From assembly GCA_026914245.1 (NCBI GenBank), contig CP110440.1, positions 124,001-188,000 of the forward strand: DNA of 64,000 nt, written 5' to 3'. The stretch is from Puccinia triticina (Eukaryota). Below the pieces are notes generated by a model, which ran no database searches, was not told the DNA's origin, and was given only the letters and a program-made list of their open reading frames with translations. How positions within the stretch are numbered: the first letter of the stretch is position 1; each line of letters opens with the position of its first letter. The translations under genes were made by a program, and so were the position numbers. This document shows, in pieces, positions 1 to 14,699 of the stretch.

Positions 1-1449
1 CCCCATGATTTTTTTTTTGGTTGCAAGTTGGTTGTCTGATTATTCAAGGTTAGCTGTTACATGAAAAAATTGTAGCAAAAAATCACAAGGCTTAGATACA
101 ATTAGGCAACACTTATCAAGGATGAAAATATGGTTACTGAAAATGTGACACAAAAATGCATGGAAACAAACAAACTGTGATTCATAGTCAAAAGCAACAT
201 CCCAGAAGTGATCTAGTTCACCATTTCTGAGATTTTCAACGGTTGAATCAACATATAGCAAGATGTGTCTCTGGAAAACTATAAGAAGAAGAATCATATT
301 TACGCCTCAAGTCATTATGTTCACTTGGATTTAAGGAAAGAATTTGTACAAGACTCAAAAATCTGGTTGTGATTGATTTATATGTTGGGTAGAAGAGGGA
401 GTTGACATGCAAGTTGATTTCAAATTTGAATTTTTACTTCAAGTTTGTTGGGCGGAATGGGGTCTTTTAATGGTGCTGATGTTTAAAGAGAGTATCATTT
501 TTTATCTGGCTGGTAGTGGCTGAGCCTGTGTTTAAATTGAAGCAGACCGTTTGAAAATTTCATAGTTAAGTTCCATTTGAGAATGATGAATGCATGCATT
601 GGCAATCCCCAATTCAGTCCATTTAAAATATCAGGGATGTGAGATCTCTCTTCTAATTTATTGGCAGAAATGGGCTTTGGGTATGAGGTGGAGTGGCTCT
701 ACCATTTGCTGGTTGATTCTTGAAATGGCAACATATAACATTTACATGCTTGGAAGTGGGTGGTGTAGCCACCTTGGAGTATAGTTGCAAATTCTTTTTG
801 TGTGCCGTAACTGGCTCCCTGAAGCAAATTTTCCAAATTTTCTTTTTTTGGTGGGGATTTAAGGGCAAGCCATGCACAAGTGAATTGAGGCATGTTGAAT
901 CACCCTGAATTCCAACTTCCACTGCACATGGATCTTTCAGAAAAAAAATATGGATTGATTCAATTCAGAATGAGGATTAACAATTTTCAAGACACTCAAG
1001 GTGTGAATTCTGAATCCGTGAGTTGTTTTGTAGTGAATTAGATGCCAAGTTTATAAAAAAACTGTCTTTCCAGAAGGATCACATTTCTTCACATTTTTTC
1101 TGGTTTACTGCACCATTTTCTTCTCCCTGATTCAAGAAATATTTTTAAATAAAGAAAAAAATAACATATCTGACTTACAATTGACATTGCTTCAAAGTTT
1201 GAGCCTGAACTACTGTTGATTAGTCTGGAATTTGGGAATTGCTGTCTTCCCAAGTTGTGTTAGTAATTTTTTCCTCTTCAGAATTCTGTCTATTGTAGAA
1301 GTAGAGTAATTTTTTGAATTAAATTTTTGACTTCTTTTGGTTTTGAAGCAGTTGACTTGAATTGGCGTGTGCCACACTAACGTACGCCCGTACGTTTGTG
1401 TGACAACGGGGAGTCCTACACTGTGCGCCTCCTCGGAGAGGCTTATGTA

Positions 1450-2495
1450 ATAAGCTCCTCAACTGGCCGGGTGGATCTCTTCAACCCACACTCCAATCGA
1501 TGGCCGACCATCGGGTGGAGTACACACTCCGCTTGATGAACGGCAATCGAGCGGATTATACATCCCACCCAATGACCGGGCATCAACTGGGGTTTGTACT
1601 CCACTAATGATGACCGGCCATTGAGCCCTGTGCACACCACTCGATGACCGGCCATCGAGCGGCGTTCTGGGGTTTAATGCCGCTCAATGGCCATTGAGTG
1701 GAGTACATACCCCACTCAATGCCCGAGTGCTCCCCCCTCGATGACCTGTCTGTACAGGTCATCAAGAGGACATGTGACTCCCCTCGATGGCTGGCACAGA
1801 CCGGTCATCGAGAGGAGATGTTACTCCCCTCAATGGCTGGTACGGACCGGTCATCGAGAGGAATTATTCCCCTCGATGACCTGTATTGACCGGTCATCAA
1901 GAGGTGTAAGTCCCCTTGATGACCGGCACAGACTGATGATCATCAAGGGGAGGTGTTACTCCTCTTGATGACCCGTATAGACCGGTCATCAAGAGGTGGA
2001 AGTGCCCTCGATGACCGGCACAGACTAGTCATCAAGGGGAGGTGTTACTCCTCTCGATGACCTGGACGGACATCGAGGGGAGAGAGGAGTAACACGTCCT
2101 CTTGATGACCGGTCTGTACCGGTCATCAAGAGGTGTGAGTCCCCTCAATGACCGGCACAATCCGGTCATTGAGAGGTTTGAGTCCCCTCAATGACCGGCA
2201 CAGACCATTCATCGAGAGGAGGTGTGTCGAATCTCCTCGATGCCGGTCTGTACCGGTCATTGGGGGGAATCACACCTCTCGATGACCTGTACAAACCTGT
2301 CATCGAGGTGTAACTCCCTTCGATGACCATCACGGGCCAGTCATCAAGAGGAGGTGTGAACCTCCTCGATCCAGGTCTGTACTGGTCATCGGGGGGAATC
2401 ACTCCTCTCAATACCTGTACACACCGGTCATTGAGAGGTGTGAATCCCCTCGATGAACGGCATGGACCAGTCATCAAGAGGAGATTCCACTCCAA
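1450..2495. repeat. Array of short palindromic subrepeats (CCCCTCGATGACCGG..ACCGGTCATCGAGAGG), internal part of a non-autonomous DNA transposon
   Basis: Many ~35-40 bp self-complementary units with CpG->TpG/CpA variants; the same motif recurs at 23030-24790, 36690-38040 and 52600-52830. Confidence 0.75.
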
Positions 2496-3299
2496 TTAAC
2501 TTTTTTTTTTCTTTTGCCCCTGTGGTGTACCGGTGATCAAGAGGTGTCAGCGGGCATCCGGGTGGGCCAGACAGGGTGTGTACATAGTATACCCTGCTTG
2601 ACTGGGGTTCAACTTGAACCCCATATGCACTCCAGCTCTGGCTGGAGAGCTCTGCACTCTCCTTTCAGGGAGGAGAAATATCATGAATGGAGTGCTGGGG
2701 ATATGCACTCTAATTTTATGGAGTGGGACTCACCGGCACTCAATACATTTGCTGGCCACTGCAGTTCTTTGTGGTGCACTCCAAAGACTCTTGAGTCCCT
2801 GTTTCTGCACTCCAGCCAACTTGGAGTATTCTACTCTGTACTCCAACAATCATTGGAGCGCGCACTCCATACACTCACTTGTGAAGTGCTTTTGGGATTT
2901 TTTTGGAGTGTACTTAGGCTGACCCAAAAAAATACCAAAACATGCATCAGAGCAATCTACAGGGTATGGGTATACACAGAGGTAAAAAATCAGGTCAAAA
3001 AATTCATATATTTGGTCAATATTGTGGATCAAGTCCACCTGATCACAGTTGGGCTTAGTTTCAGCATAGGTATGGTGTATGTCTACATGTAACTTCCACA
3101 ATACATCCCATACAATTCTAGTTAGGATCCGGTTAGATTGCGCCTGACATCAACCATTCTTTGAACAAAGATCAGACCAACTTCAAACCAACTTTGAACC
3201 AGTACCTTGCAAGGTTCGGATCAAACCTCGGCATGAATTGAGAGAAGGCACTCGTAAACAGGTGCTGAGCAAACATCCGTGGTGTATTTCTTGGAACTG

Positions 3300-4040
3300 T
3301 CCTGACATAAGAAAAAATTTGGGTCCATTTGGAGCACCTTACATAAGGTTTTGCGGGATTTCCTTAGTAGGAAATCCGCCAAATCAGCCCCCCGCCACAC
3401 AAGGTGTCCCTGAGGTGTGCTAATGCCGTGAAGCTCAAAATATTATTTAAGATTTTATTCTTATTGCTGAAAAAATTTGGGGCCATTTGGAGCACCGTAG
3501 ATAAGGTTTCGCGGGATTTCCTCAGTAGGAAATCCGCCAAATCAGCCCCCGGCTACACAAGGTGTTCCTGAGGTGTGCTAATGCCGTTAAGCTCAACATA
3601 TGTTTCAAAGAGTTTATTCTTATGGAATAAAAAAATTGGGGCCATTTGGAGCACCTTAGATAAGGTTTCACAGGATTTCCTTAGCAGGAAATCCGCCAAA
3701 TTAACCCCCCTGTTCCACAAGGCCTTCCTGATGTTTTCTACTGCTGTAAATCTCAACATATTTTATAGATAGTGTATTTAGATTGCTGTAAATCTTTGGG
3801 AGCGTTTGGGTGCTCCAGTGAGGAGATATAAATATTTCTCTATTTTCTGGGATTTTGTGTAAAATTAAAATCCCGACTCCTGTTTGGGATCACAGAATTA
3901 CAATTCCAACTCCCAAAACTTCCCCGGGTCAATTTGGAGTCTTGAGGACCCGTGGAAAACGTCCCGAAGCGGTCCGCGCGACGTAAACTGCGTTTGGGAG
4001 TTGATTTTGTAATTTGAGGGAGTCAATTTCTCAACCCCCT
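3300..4040. mobile_element. Foldback/TIR element end with ~170-bp subterminal repeats
   Basis: Three copies of GGGCCATTTGGAGCACC...GGATTTCCTTAGTAGGAAATCCGCCAAAT; reverse complement of 3900-4040 aligns with 22390-22505. Confidence 0.55.
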
Positions 4041-7000
4041 TCTCCTAACATTTTGCTTGTCAAATTTTGCTGTACAGAAATTGGTTTGCGCAAATGTTTC
4101 CTGGAACCAATGATGGCCCGGGAATGTTTTTGGCAACCAAAATGTGGTTATTGAAACCATTTGGCTCACCGATGTTGGTTATCCACACAGCTTGGCCAAC
4201 CAAAATGGTTTCAGGAACCATTTGGCTGACCAATCTTGATTTTTCAAGCCAAATTGTCAACCAAAATGGTTTCTACAACCTTTTGGTCAACCAATTTGGG
4301 TTTTCAAAACTGTTTGGCCCACCAAATTGGTTTTCAACACTTATCAGCCACCCAAATTGGTTTTGAAAACCATTTGAAGTGGTTTCAAGAATACTAGAGT
4401 ACAAGGCGGCTACGCCGCCGCAACCCCAGGGCGTCAACTCCACAGCCCACCGCCGGCCCAAGGCCCAAGCCCAGCGGCCAAAGGCACAAGGGCCAAGGTT
4501 GCCACCCGCGCAACGAACACCCCCGCAGGCTTTACGCTCATTTTAATCAGCCATCTGGCAATGCCCCGCAAATATGCCCAAAATGACCGCAGGTACCCGC
4601 ACCCGCCACAAGTACCCGGGTCCACTCAGCGATCTCTAATTGACAGTAAGTACCCTCTTTCACTGACCTTGTTTATATCAGAGGAAACCCTGTTGCTCTT
4701 GACTTCTCTTCCCTTCTTCCAACCCTCAAAGACCAATCAGGTTATCTCTTGTTAAGACCTTAAAAACCAGAGCAGAGTAGAAACCCTACTTCTGATTACC
4801 ACCACTGTTTCCTTGGTGTGAGTGGAGACTGTTGCACTCTTTCAGCACAGTTGGCAGCCTACATTTCCAGTTAGAGCTTGGCCCATATTAAATCTTAATA
4901 AAAGATCATCTCTCTCTACTGCTTGTATTTCTTTATCCCAAAAAATTCAATCAGTGCCCACCCAACTTACTTTTGTCATGTTGTCACTTTAGAGACACAG
5001 GCTCACAGATATCAAGGTAAATACAAGCATGAGTGTTTTATAATTAGGGGGTTTCACAATTGAAATTTGTAGGACACATTTTAAGGTATTCATGAACATT
5101 TTTTTCAAAAGTTGATTAATTGCATTGATTGATCAGTATCACCTGCTGCTTTCCATCTTACCAAAATTCTTGAATTCTGGTCATATAGGTCTTAAATCTA
5201 GCTCCAAAGTTTTGTAAAATTTGACTGTGAATAACCTTCTTGTTTCACTGCCTGCATGTAAAGTACTGCTCAAAAGATACAAATTTTCAGATGTGCTACA
5301 GCCACATTGGTCTTTTTGTCATTCATCAAGTGTTGCAGAAACCTATCCTCACTTTTTCAGTGGAACCAGTTGTAATTCACATTGACAGAAAATTCAGCAG
5401 CTTATAAAAATGAGCCTCCATTCCAGTCAAAATTCTGTCCAGTTTCAGGATTGTTTTTTTCCCTTTTGTCTGATGATTCATGATTGTTGGGCTGCAAATA
5501 TATTGAGTCCAGGACTCAATTCACTTGACCTTTTACAATATTCAAAGTTTGTTTGACCTTAAAAGCTTCACAAACAGCATAATTTCATGTTGGGGTAGGT
5601 CTGAGCTCAAGACTCAAGTTCAGCACCAAGTTGTACTCCCAATAAAACAAGATATATCAGTTGGGGTTGTTGCATGAGCCCAATAACTTGGACACCACCG
5701 GCTGGGGCCATCAAATGGTCATGAGGCCTGGCACCACTGGCTTTGGAGGTGTCACCCTGGGATTGGCCCGCAGCTTCGGGAACTGGAAGATAAAGTAGCG
5801 CACCCCGTTGAGGCTGATGATGGGGGGGAAGTGTCTGAAGGCGCCGGCATGGGTGGTGCGAGCCTCGCCGCTGGCGCGCGGGCCGGAGACGCCAGCGGCG
5901 ACGGGAATCGAAGGGCCGCGTGTGCGGGGCGAGTAGCACGGCTTGGACCCGCCGGGCTCATCTGATAAGGGCTTGCTGGATGGTGGTGTGTCCGGAGAGA
6001 CCAGGCCAGCGGGGAAGGTGCGCGGACTGTCGGGGAGGTCCGGGTGGCTTGACTGGCCGCCACCGCCGCCTCCGTCGAAGCCGGGGGATTAACGCTCGTG
6101 GGGGACAAGTATGTAGAGTGAGCTAGGCGAGTAGACGGGCTCCTAATTCGGGTTTAAATGGCGCAGCGTCGCAAGGGTGCGAATGTTGGAGGCGCCACCA
6201 ACCCGCAAGCAGTTTCTTGTTTTGATTGCTCCGAAAGGGTGCGGACTGTTGCGGACGATGTATCAGGGCTGCTGTTTCAGGTCGTCCGCGAAAATGAGGG
6301 GTTTGACTTGATGGGGTGAACATAAAAAGGCGTCCTGGCCGTGTCCTATCCTCCACGGATCCAGTTCCCCTCTCGCACTTGCGGAGGTAGAACACAATCC
6401 GTCGGTCGATAACCCTCTCCACCCTTGCCTTTGTAGGGGCCCGAGGGGGTTAATCTTATTTCTCTCTCCCCTGTCGCACTTGCGCAGGCTGATAGAAACC
6501 CCTCCGCCTTTGCACTTGCAATTGCCCCAGGAAAAATGTATTATTCTGCCCCCCTGCTGCACTTGCACAGGCTGGTCAAAAAAAAAAAAAGAACACACAA
6601 AAAAAACCTCCCCTGTTGCGCTTGTGCAGGCTGAGCAATTCATTTGAAACCAACCATTTGCCCGCCTCTCTCCCCTTGCATTTGCAACAGGCAGAGGAGG
6701 GATAATCCGGTCCCTTTTCATTCATGTTTCATGAATTGGGGGATCAGTCCGAGGCATTAATGTTTGAGGACTTTAAATTTAATTTTCACAGCAGCAAAGT
6801 CAAACATACTTCTGCCTGAAAAGATGGGAAATGTGGGAAACATTGCCAAGTTGGCCACTGCCACACTGGCAGCCCCCTTTTGGGGCCTTTTTGGAAAGGG
6901 GGAGGGTGAACCCATGAACCAAATTTCCACAAAAGTGTGGATTTAATATACTTAGATTTCTTCAACCAGAATGGTTTTTCAGATATATTCAGAACCACCT

Positions 7001-9353
7001 GAGGCGGTTCTGAGAATATATTAAAAATATCTGAAAATGGTTAGTCCGACTCGTTCCTCAGGACGTCCAGGACTGAGTGTATTGGAAATATTTTGAAAAC
7101 CATTCAAATTGGGTTTCAAAATATTTTTTTGCACCTGTGGTGTAACTGGCCCCGTTTGGCTGCCGCGTTATCTACATCTACATATCTACATGTAACTAAA
7201 GGAATAGGGTCTGGGGGCCAAAAAAACCTGTACAAAATCTGTCTATGCAAGTAACGCCGGCGTCGATATCCTGTACAAAATCTGTCTATGTGAGTAACAC
7301 CGGCGTTGGTATGCAATTGGCAAGATGGTATTAGTATACTTGCCACTGAGAGGGGATTTCTCTTGGTGAGCAGGTGTACATATACCAGCTCGTTGAGAGG
7401 GATTCCTCTCGGCGAGCACTGGTATACACACACTAGTTTGCCAAGAGGGATTCCTCCCAGCAAGCACTGGTATACACAACAGTACTAACCTACAGGCCAA
7501 TGGATATCCTGCTTGCTGGGGGTGATTATTGACGAGCCGGGAACAGTTGCTCATCGCGAATTTAGCTAGCAAAGTCCCTTGATTGATTCGCAGGCGCGCG
7601 GCCGCTGTCGCGAAGCAACACTCTGAAGGGACTGGGGCTTACCTGATCCATTGCGTGTGTTGACCGGGTATCACTGGCTGGTACCCAGGTACCCTGACAA
7701 AAACCATGAAATCCAGATACCCGTACCCGTACTTGGTACACGTGGAGAGGGTACCCGCCAGAGCAATGAGTACCCGGCGGCGGGTACCGGGTACCCGCCA
7801 ATGGGTATCCACGTGCCATCTTTAGTGAAAAAGCTGAGTATGTACTATGAGCAGGGTACAAAATCTGAGTATCAGCTGGACCAAACTGAGGATCAGTTGG
7901 GCTCATCAAAAACTGAACAGGACCTCCTTGGTAAATTTTGGCAGTTGAGGAGATGGTTGCAAGATTGGGGTAGATACTGGATAGATGGTGAGTAGCTGGC
8001 TGGAGCTGGTGTGATGTCACTTGTCATCAACTGACTATTTTATTTTTCTGGTGCTTCAAGGTTTATTAGTAGTAAAAATTAGGCTAAAAATTACCAGAAG
8101 ATTGTGCCACACTTAAATTCTAGTGTATTCCCAGAGCTCATTAGAGGAGGCAAGCCTTTCAAGCACCCTTGTATTGTGTCATTATTTGTGACATCTTACA
8201 TTTTCCCCTACAAGCTCATACTTACCATTGTGTGAGAGTTCCACAGCGTGTAGGATGTGATGAAATCTATGTGAAAGGTTATCACTCAAAGTCCCAGTTT
8301 GCTGAACTTGGAGGATGGGTGTGGCATGAAATTTCTGATCTCCAGAAAATGAGTAATCACTTTTTGATCATCCACATCCAGATTCACATCCAGGATCACC
8401 ATCTTTGCCTGTGCTCTTATCAGCAAACCAAAACCATCATCAAGTATCAACCCTCAACAAACATCTCAATTTCAAAGCCACCTCCCAAAAACTATCTTTG
8501 ATCACACCTTGTGCTTGGACTTCAGACCATTTTCCTGAGGGCAGCTTGACCAGCAAATTCCCCTCACACAATTGCCACCCTACAGCTCCAAAACCAGGGT
8601 GGTATCTCCTGTTACAAGGACAGGACTTCAATAAACGTCCCAGGACCCTTGAACTGTAGCAGAGTCTTGAGTCAGTACAAAATCAACTCATCAAGAAATG
8701 CCGGTTCCCTGGGGATATGCTGGCCACTCAACAGATCTATTGCACCCTTGATGATATCAGCATTTCCTTCCTATCTTTTTTTGTTTCTTTTGTTGTTCAT
8801 GGGTATTCAGTTTCTCTATCCAATATTCTCCTTGGTTGGCTATCTTGTATTTTGTGTTGGAAGCTCTGTGTCAAACTTATCCCTGGTTAATCCAACCCAA
8901 TGCGGGTGCGGGGTCAAGATAAGTGCCCTAATCCGGGATAGTTAGTTTCCAATGTGGATTTTCTTACAAAAAAACCTACGTGTATCAGTGTAAAATGTCC
9001 CAAGGTTTCCATTGGATACTCTCAAAGAAGAGTGACCAATCATCAATGGAAAGAAGCTCTTGATTTCCATTAGAAACTCTTGATCAAGAGTGTCCAATGG
9101 AAAGTAGCTCTTGGTTTCCATTGTACACTCTTGCTTGTGATTGTCAGTTGGATGGGGTTTTGATGTCCAGTTGAAATTTTTGAGGGCTGAGAATCTGTTG
9201 GACACTTTTGGAAGTGTACAAGTAATAGTCAGCAAACCTGGAATCCAATGGATTCCCACTGGGCATCCTGTGGGCTTTCTTCAGCTTGAAGAATCTGTGG
9301 TACGTATCCCCGTTCCAACTTCTCTAAACCTGTCCTGTGGTGTATAGGGCTCT

Positions 9354-9787
9354 GTGGCGATACAGGCCAGAAGGGGGTCAGCAGGGGTACTGCGGCGAGG
9401 CATGTGAGGATGTGGAACGGGTCCAAACCTTAGTTATCATTAGTTTAGTTTTAGCGTGTATTTAGTCTATCCATGTTGAACCGTTTCCCTTTTCCTTTTT
9501 TTTTCCTCACTCACTCATCTCTTGTCAAAACTCCTCCGCACCTTCCATTGGCATAGGTGCTGAGTTGTTTCTCCACCTCTTCTCTTGTTCCTATCATTGG
9601 CCTCCCATCATCGGCTCCTCTCAGCTCACTGCTCATAACTGGTGTTTCACAGGTTATGAGCCCAGCGCTACCGCGTGATACCTAGTATATTATGGATTCC
9701 TGTTATGATAAACCCCTTTCATAGCACGGGGGGCTGTCAGGTTGTGGTTCTGCTACTCTTAGCTTTATCATACCTGCTGGTGTCACA
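9354..9787. mobile_element. Possible solo LTR
   Basis: TGTGGCGA...TGTCACA termini and pyrimidine-rich LTR-like composition; no clean TSD found. Confidence 0.3.
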
Positions 9788-10349
9788 CATTCATGACCGT
9801 GTTCAAGGCTGTTCTTGAAGACCAACTTGCAAAAGGATATTCATGAAGGCTTAGGGGGATTTGTACAACATGACCTGCATGGAATTTTGCAACTGGGTGT
9901 TCAAGAATAAACTTGAACGCTGACTTGCAAAAGTGCATGCAAGTTGCACTTGGCCAACTTTGAAACCCCCTATTGTATCAAATGATATCAATCCAGTGTT
10001 GGGAGAACATTGCATGCATATTTGAATAGAAATGATGAAAAAATAGTGAGACACAATAGTGAATCTCAAAAATAATCATTACGTGTTTGAGAGAGGATAT
10101 GATAAGGAGACCCAGAAATCATCTTGTCTAGCCCAATGATAAATAGTCCAATTGAGATATTAGAGTCATATTTTTATTTGGAATGTGATACCACTGGCTC
10201 AATACAAGTTAAAAAGGTTTGATAAAACCAAGAAATCTAATTGAAACTTGACAAATTCTTCTTGGGGGACAAAATTCATTGATAATTTGATAATCAAAAT
10301 TTGATCCAGATTTTTAGATGAGGTAACCAGTTTGATTTTTTTTCTTGGT

Positions 10350-12221
10350 CTATACAGTCACCAAATTCCTATGCATGTGCATTTGCTGATATCTACCCCC
10401 ACTATCCATCTGCTGATGTCCAGCCCCAGTGGCCATTTGCTGAGTTCCAGCCCTGTTGGCCATTTCTTGATGTCTAGCCCAGCCAATCATTTGCCAATAT
10501 CTTTCCCAGCTATCTTGTACCAAGCGCCCATCAGGGTCTTCATGAAAAATATATGATGGGTTATTAGTTTAAAATGGCAATTATTCAATCCTGAAAGAAA
10601 TAAAAAGTGGAGACTTTATGGGGAGCTTAGTTTTGGTTGAAGTGGTTTGCTCACCTTTTGCCAATAGCTCATAATGGTGACCATGTAAAAACAGTCCCAC
10701 AAACTCTTCAGATTCTTGATCCAATTTATGAACCGAAGGATGCACAGATCTGTCTCTATCAATCAGAATAATATGATTTTTCTTATAGATCTTTTGAAAG
10801 GCAGATTGCTCAGTAGGACCACCCCATGCACCTTCTCTCTCCATAAATTCAAGGTGTTGCTGCATTCTTATAATTGGATTTTCATGTCCTTCAATAGAAT
10901 CTATGAATTCACCCGGGTTCTTTTTTATGTAGTCCAGGATTTCCTTTTTGATCATTGGATATTTTTCTTGATCTTGGTGAACTATGTGAGCGAATGCTCT
11001 AAACATACAGTTACCATCTGGTTCTATAAATCTTTGTGTAACTGCATAACCTGGGAGGTAGTTGACAGAAACCCACATGGCAATTTCTGGTGCTGGTAAG
11101 TGAGTTACTAGTTTTTTATTATCCAATTCATACACCACACTGTTGGTACCTTGCCGTGGTGGTTGTGGCTGCAGATGATGGGGAGCTGATGACTGCTGAA
11201 GCCATGAAGGCTGCAGAGGTGGAAGGTGTGATGAAGGCTGCAGAGGTGGAGGGTGTGATGAAGGCTTCAGAGGTGCAGGGTGTGGTGAAGGCTTCTGGTG
11301 TTGAGGGCTCCAGGAACCAGATCCATCTGAAAATGAGTCCCAATTGGAGCTTTCATGACCTGGACTGCCACTGCTGGAGGAAGAAGAGTGACTCAGGTAG
11401 GAATCACCAACTGGGCTTGGGTATAATGGACTGTTGGCAGTTGGGGCTACATAGTTTGTTTGGCTGGGTTTTCCTTGGGCTGCTCCGTTTGCGTTGATGG
11501 TAGATCCTGGGCCTACTTTGTTTGGCTTGATGGTAGATCCTGGGGCTACTACGTTAACATTTGTGGGATTTCCTGATACTGGTGCTAGTTTAGAGAAACA
11601 TGAAAAAGGGTCAAAACCCTGCTCATTTTTTTTTACTTGGGGAGATGGGGTCATGCAGGAGACTGAGTCCAGCCAGATAATAAAAATCAGGTGAGACTTA
11701 CGTTTATTATTTTTTCTCCCCCAGGTAAATGCTCTCTTGAATTTGGCAATGAAATTTTTGATCCAATTCTTGATGCTAGTTGAAATATTTTTCCACTTGA
11801 ATCTTTCCTTGGGTTTTTCACCCAACTTAGTCCTGGGGAATCCTCCCTGGGGCAGTTCTACATTTGGTTTGACAGCATGTCCAATGACTGGGTTTTGACC
11901 TCCTGGGCCCCAGGATCCTCCAGCTTGATCCGGGACAAATATTGGATTCCCATTGAGATCATGGTATTGAACACTTGTTGTGCCTGCGGTGTTTTCGACC
12001 TTTGGAAAATGTTTGGGAACCTGCTGTACAGTGTGCACTGAAGAAGCTGGGTCAAAAAATCCTGTAACGGCGGCTGTTGGTCGTACACGGGACATCATTC
12101 CTTCCACGTCAAGGAGGAGTGATGTGAAGCATGCCATCGAAAACATTGCTAGAAAGCCGGTGTAGCAGAGGCCCATTGGGAGTGAATGTGAATCATGATT
12201 GTTCAACCTTCGACCCTTCAT
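10350..12221 (-). CDS. Predicted secreted OTU-family cysteine protease/deubiquitinase (copy A, catalytically intact), ~545 aa, candidate effector
   Basis: Exons 12221-11702, 11584-10655, 10537-10350 (two phase-1 introns; third exon tentative). Hydrophobic leader GFLAMFSMACFTSLLLDVEG|MM, Ser/Pro-rich linker, OTU motifs IEPDGNCMFRAFAH, WGG, LFLHGHHYELL. Confidence 0.85.
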
Positions 12222-13946
12222 TGTACTTGGTTGATCTAATCTTAAGCAGGCGGCGGGTTGGTGATATGTTGTTTGGGCAGGCTAGAATGTAAGATACGAG
12301 AGATCACAATGCGGGTTTGAAGAATGAAGGAAATGATAAGAAAGAGGATCATGATTGCGGTGAGGTCACTCCTGATTAATACCCTCAGCGAAGGCCACTC
12401 ACAGGATGTGTGGGCGAGGCTTTGCCAAAGCATTGATTCAGCGACGCACATATTTATTTAGCAACTGCGTCTATGGAGTAGGTGCAGCACAGCCTCATTG
12501 ACCAGTGATGTAGAGCCGTTAAACTATGAATGTCTTGAGCCGGCAGCAGTGCAGGCCTACAGTGACACGCCCGCACCCGAAAACGGTGCCTGCATCCTCG
12601 AAGTCGAGCCTCGATATCCTTACGGCCCAAGCCAATCAATGATCATCATCATCCATCCATAGTACACCCCGACCGACCGAACTCCAGCAGAACCATCATC
12701 ATCCATACTCTCAACCCCAGCCCGACCGTCATGAGCCACCAATATAACCAGCATCATCGGTATATCAGCATTCCAATACCTTCCAAACTCCGGCCGTCTC
12801 GACTCCGAGCCTTCAAACTCCGACCCTTTCCCCGGCCTCAGTGAACCAACAACCGTTCCGACCCCGGGAAGACCCCTGTTGTATGAGGACTGTATCCTTA
12901 CGTGAATGGCACAGCCTACTCAAAATGCTGTAATATCGACCCCCACAGACCCTGTTGCAAAGTTGAGTGATGTCCCCCTTTTTTTCCTCAAACTGTACTT
13001 TATGTAAGGAGATAGACACTGATCCATCTGGTTTTCTGTACACATATTTAAATAGTGTTGGTTGAAGTATGACAATTAGCCTTGGCAAGTTTTCCAGCAC
13101 GCTTCCCTGTGCACACACTGCAAAGCAAAGCCTCTAGGTAGACCTCCCCGCAGCATCTAGGTTAGGGCGCCATTTGGATGCATCATAATTGTAGTTCTTA
13201 TATTGCACAAATCCTTACATGGAAACAAACCATTATAAATATGGCACATCCTCAATTGTCTGTCAGGAAAGGTGAACACCTGTTACACTTGTAGGGGTTT
13301 TATTACACAACAAAGTCATGTACATACATATAGCTGGTATTGTAGGGGGATCAAACCCTTGGGAGAATTAGAAATTCTGTTTTTTACCATCATCTTGCTC
13401 TATAACACTCAATATTTTGATCAGATTGAAACAATTTGCCCATCTTCAACACCATAAAAGCAATATTGTGCTTTAAATTTAGGGGGTTACTAAACGTACC
13501 CGGTTTTTCCGCGTTTGTACCCGGTTTTTGCGTACCCCCTTTTCCGCGTGCGTACCTGGTTTTTTTCTACTCATTTCTACGCAACCCAAATAGGCTTAAA
13601 ATTCATCTAAAATCCTGAAAAGAATTATGATACATTCAAAATTCCAAAAAAGCAACTTTAAATGATTTAATTAATTTTTTGCATACCCCCTTTTCCCAAG
13701 TGTGTACTAAGGGGATATCTTTTTTGTTACATGTACCAGGGTTCCAAAAATTTGAGGGAACATTTAAACATGCATTAGAAGCTTCCTTTGAAATTTTTGA
13801 GAGAAAAAAATAGGTGCGTGGCGGGTACATGGTGTGCTTAGTAGAAAAATGACTGCTACATGTATAATGTTTTTGTTACACATTTAAAGAGTCTAAAAAT
13901 TTCAATAATGTTTCTATGGTGTATATTCTGTGCGCCATTAAATTTA

Positions 13947-14691
13947 CGGACTTACTTCGCGCACTGCGAAAAACACTTCGCGCACTGCACAGTGCGCGGA
14001 TTCCCAAACACTTCGCGCACTGCGGGTAAACTACACAACTTTTTGAAGATTTTTCTTGACAAATCAATAAACAGGCTTCTCATTGGCCTCTCTGAATTTT
14101 TTGGAAGTTTTTCAAAGCATTCTTCTATGTTTAAAAAAATCATTAAAAACCAGAAGAAATGTAGGATTTGGGCGCCTAAAAAACAAGGTTCCTATAGCCC
14201 AAAAATTTCAAATAATTTTTTGAGTAATGAGAAATGTAAGAAAAGCTACTTCAAAACTTTTCAGCCACTTTTTGCAAGCATACAGGTCTGAAAAATGAGG
14301 ATAATTTAGATGCAATGTGCTAATATGTGTTGAAGTTTCTTATTTTTCAGACCTGTATGCTTGCACAAAGTGCCTGAAAGGTTTTGAAGTAGCTTTTCTT
14401 ACATGTTACATTACTCAACAAATTATTTGAAATTTTTGGGTTATGGGAACCTTGTTTTTTAGGCACCCAAATCCAACATTTCTTCTGGTTTTTAATGATT
14501 TTTTTAAACATAGAAGAATGCTTTGAAAAACTTCCAAAAAATTCAGAGAGGCCAATGAGAAGCCTTTCTATTGATTTGTCAAGAAAAATCTTCAAAAAGT
14601 TGCGTAGTTTACCCGCAGTGCGCGAAGTGTTTGGGAATCCGCGCACTGTGCAGTGCGCGAAGTGTTTTTTGCAGTGCGCGAAGTAAGTCCG
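13947..14691. mobile_element. Palindromic MITE/foldback element B
   Basis: CGGACTTACTTCGCGCACTGC ... GCAGTGCGCGAAGTAAGTCCG, ~365-bp inverted arms, flanked by TAAATTTA. Confidence 0.9.
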
Positions 14692-14699
14692 TAAATTTA

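Noticed and set aside
1..1330. Possible decayed transposase
   Set aside because: No motif recognisable with enough confidence
10581..12221. Single-exon 546-aa reading of copy A as given in the ORF track
   Set aside because: Includes an in-frame 117-nt GTAAGT...TAG intron-like segment and reads through a donor conserved in the paralogs; the spliced model is preferred, though unverified
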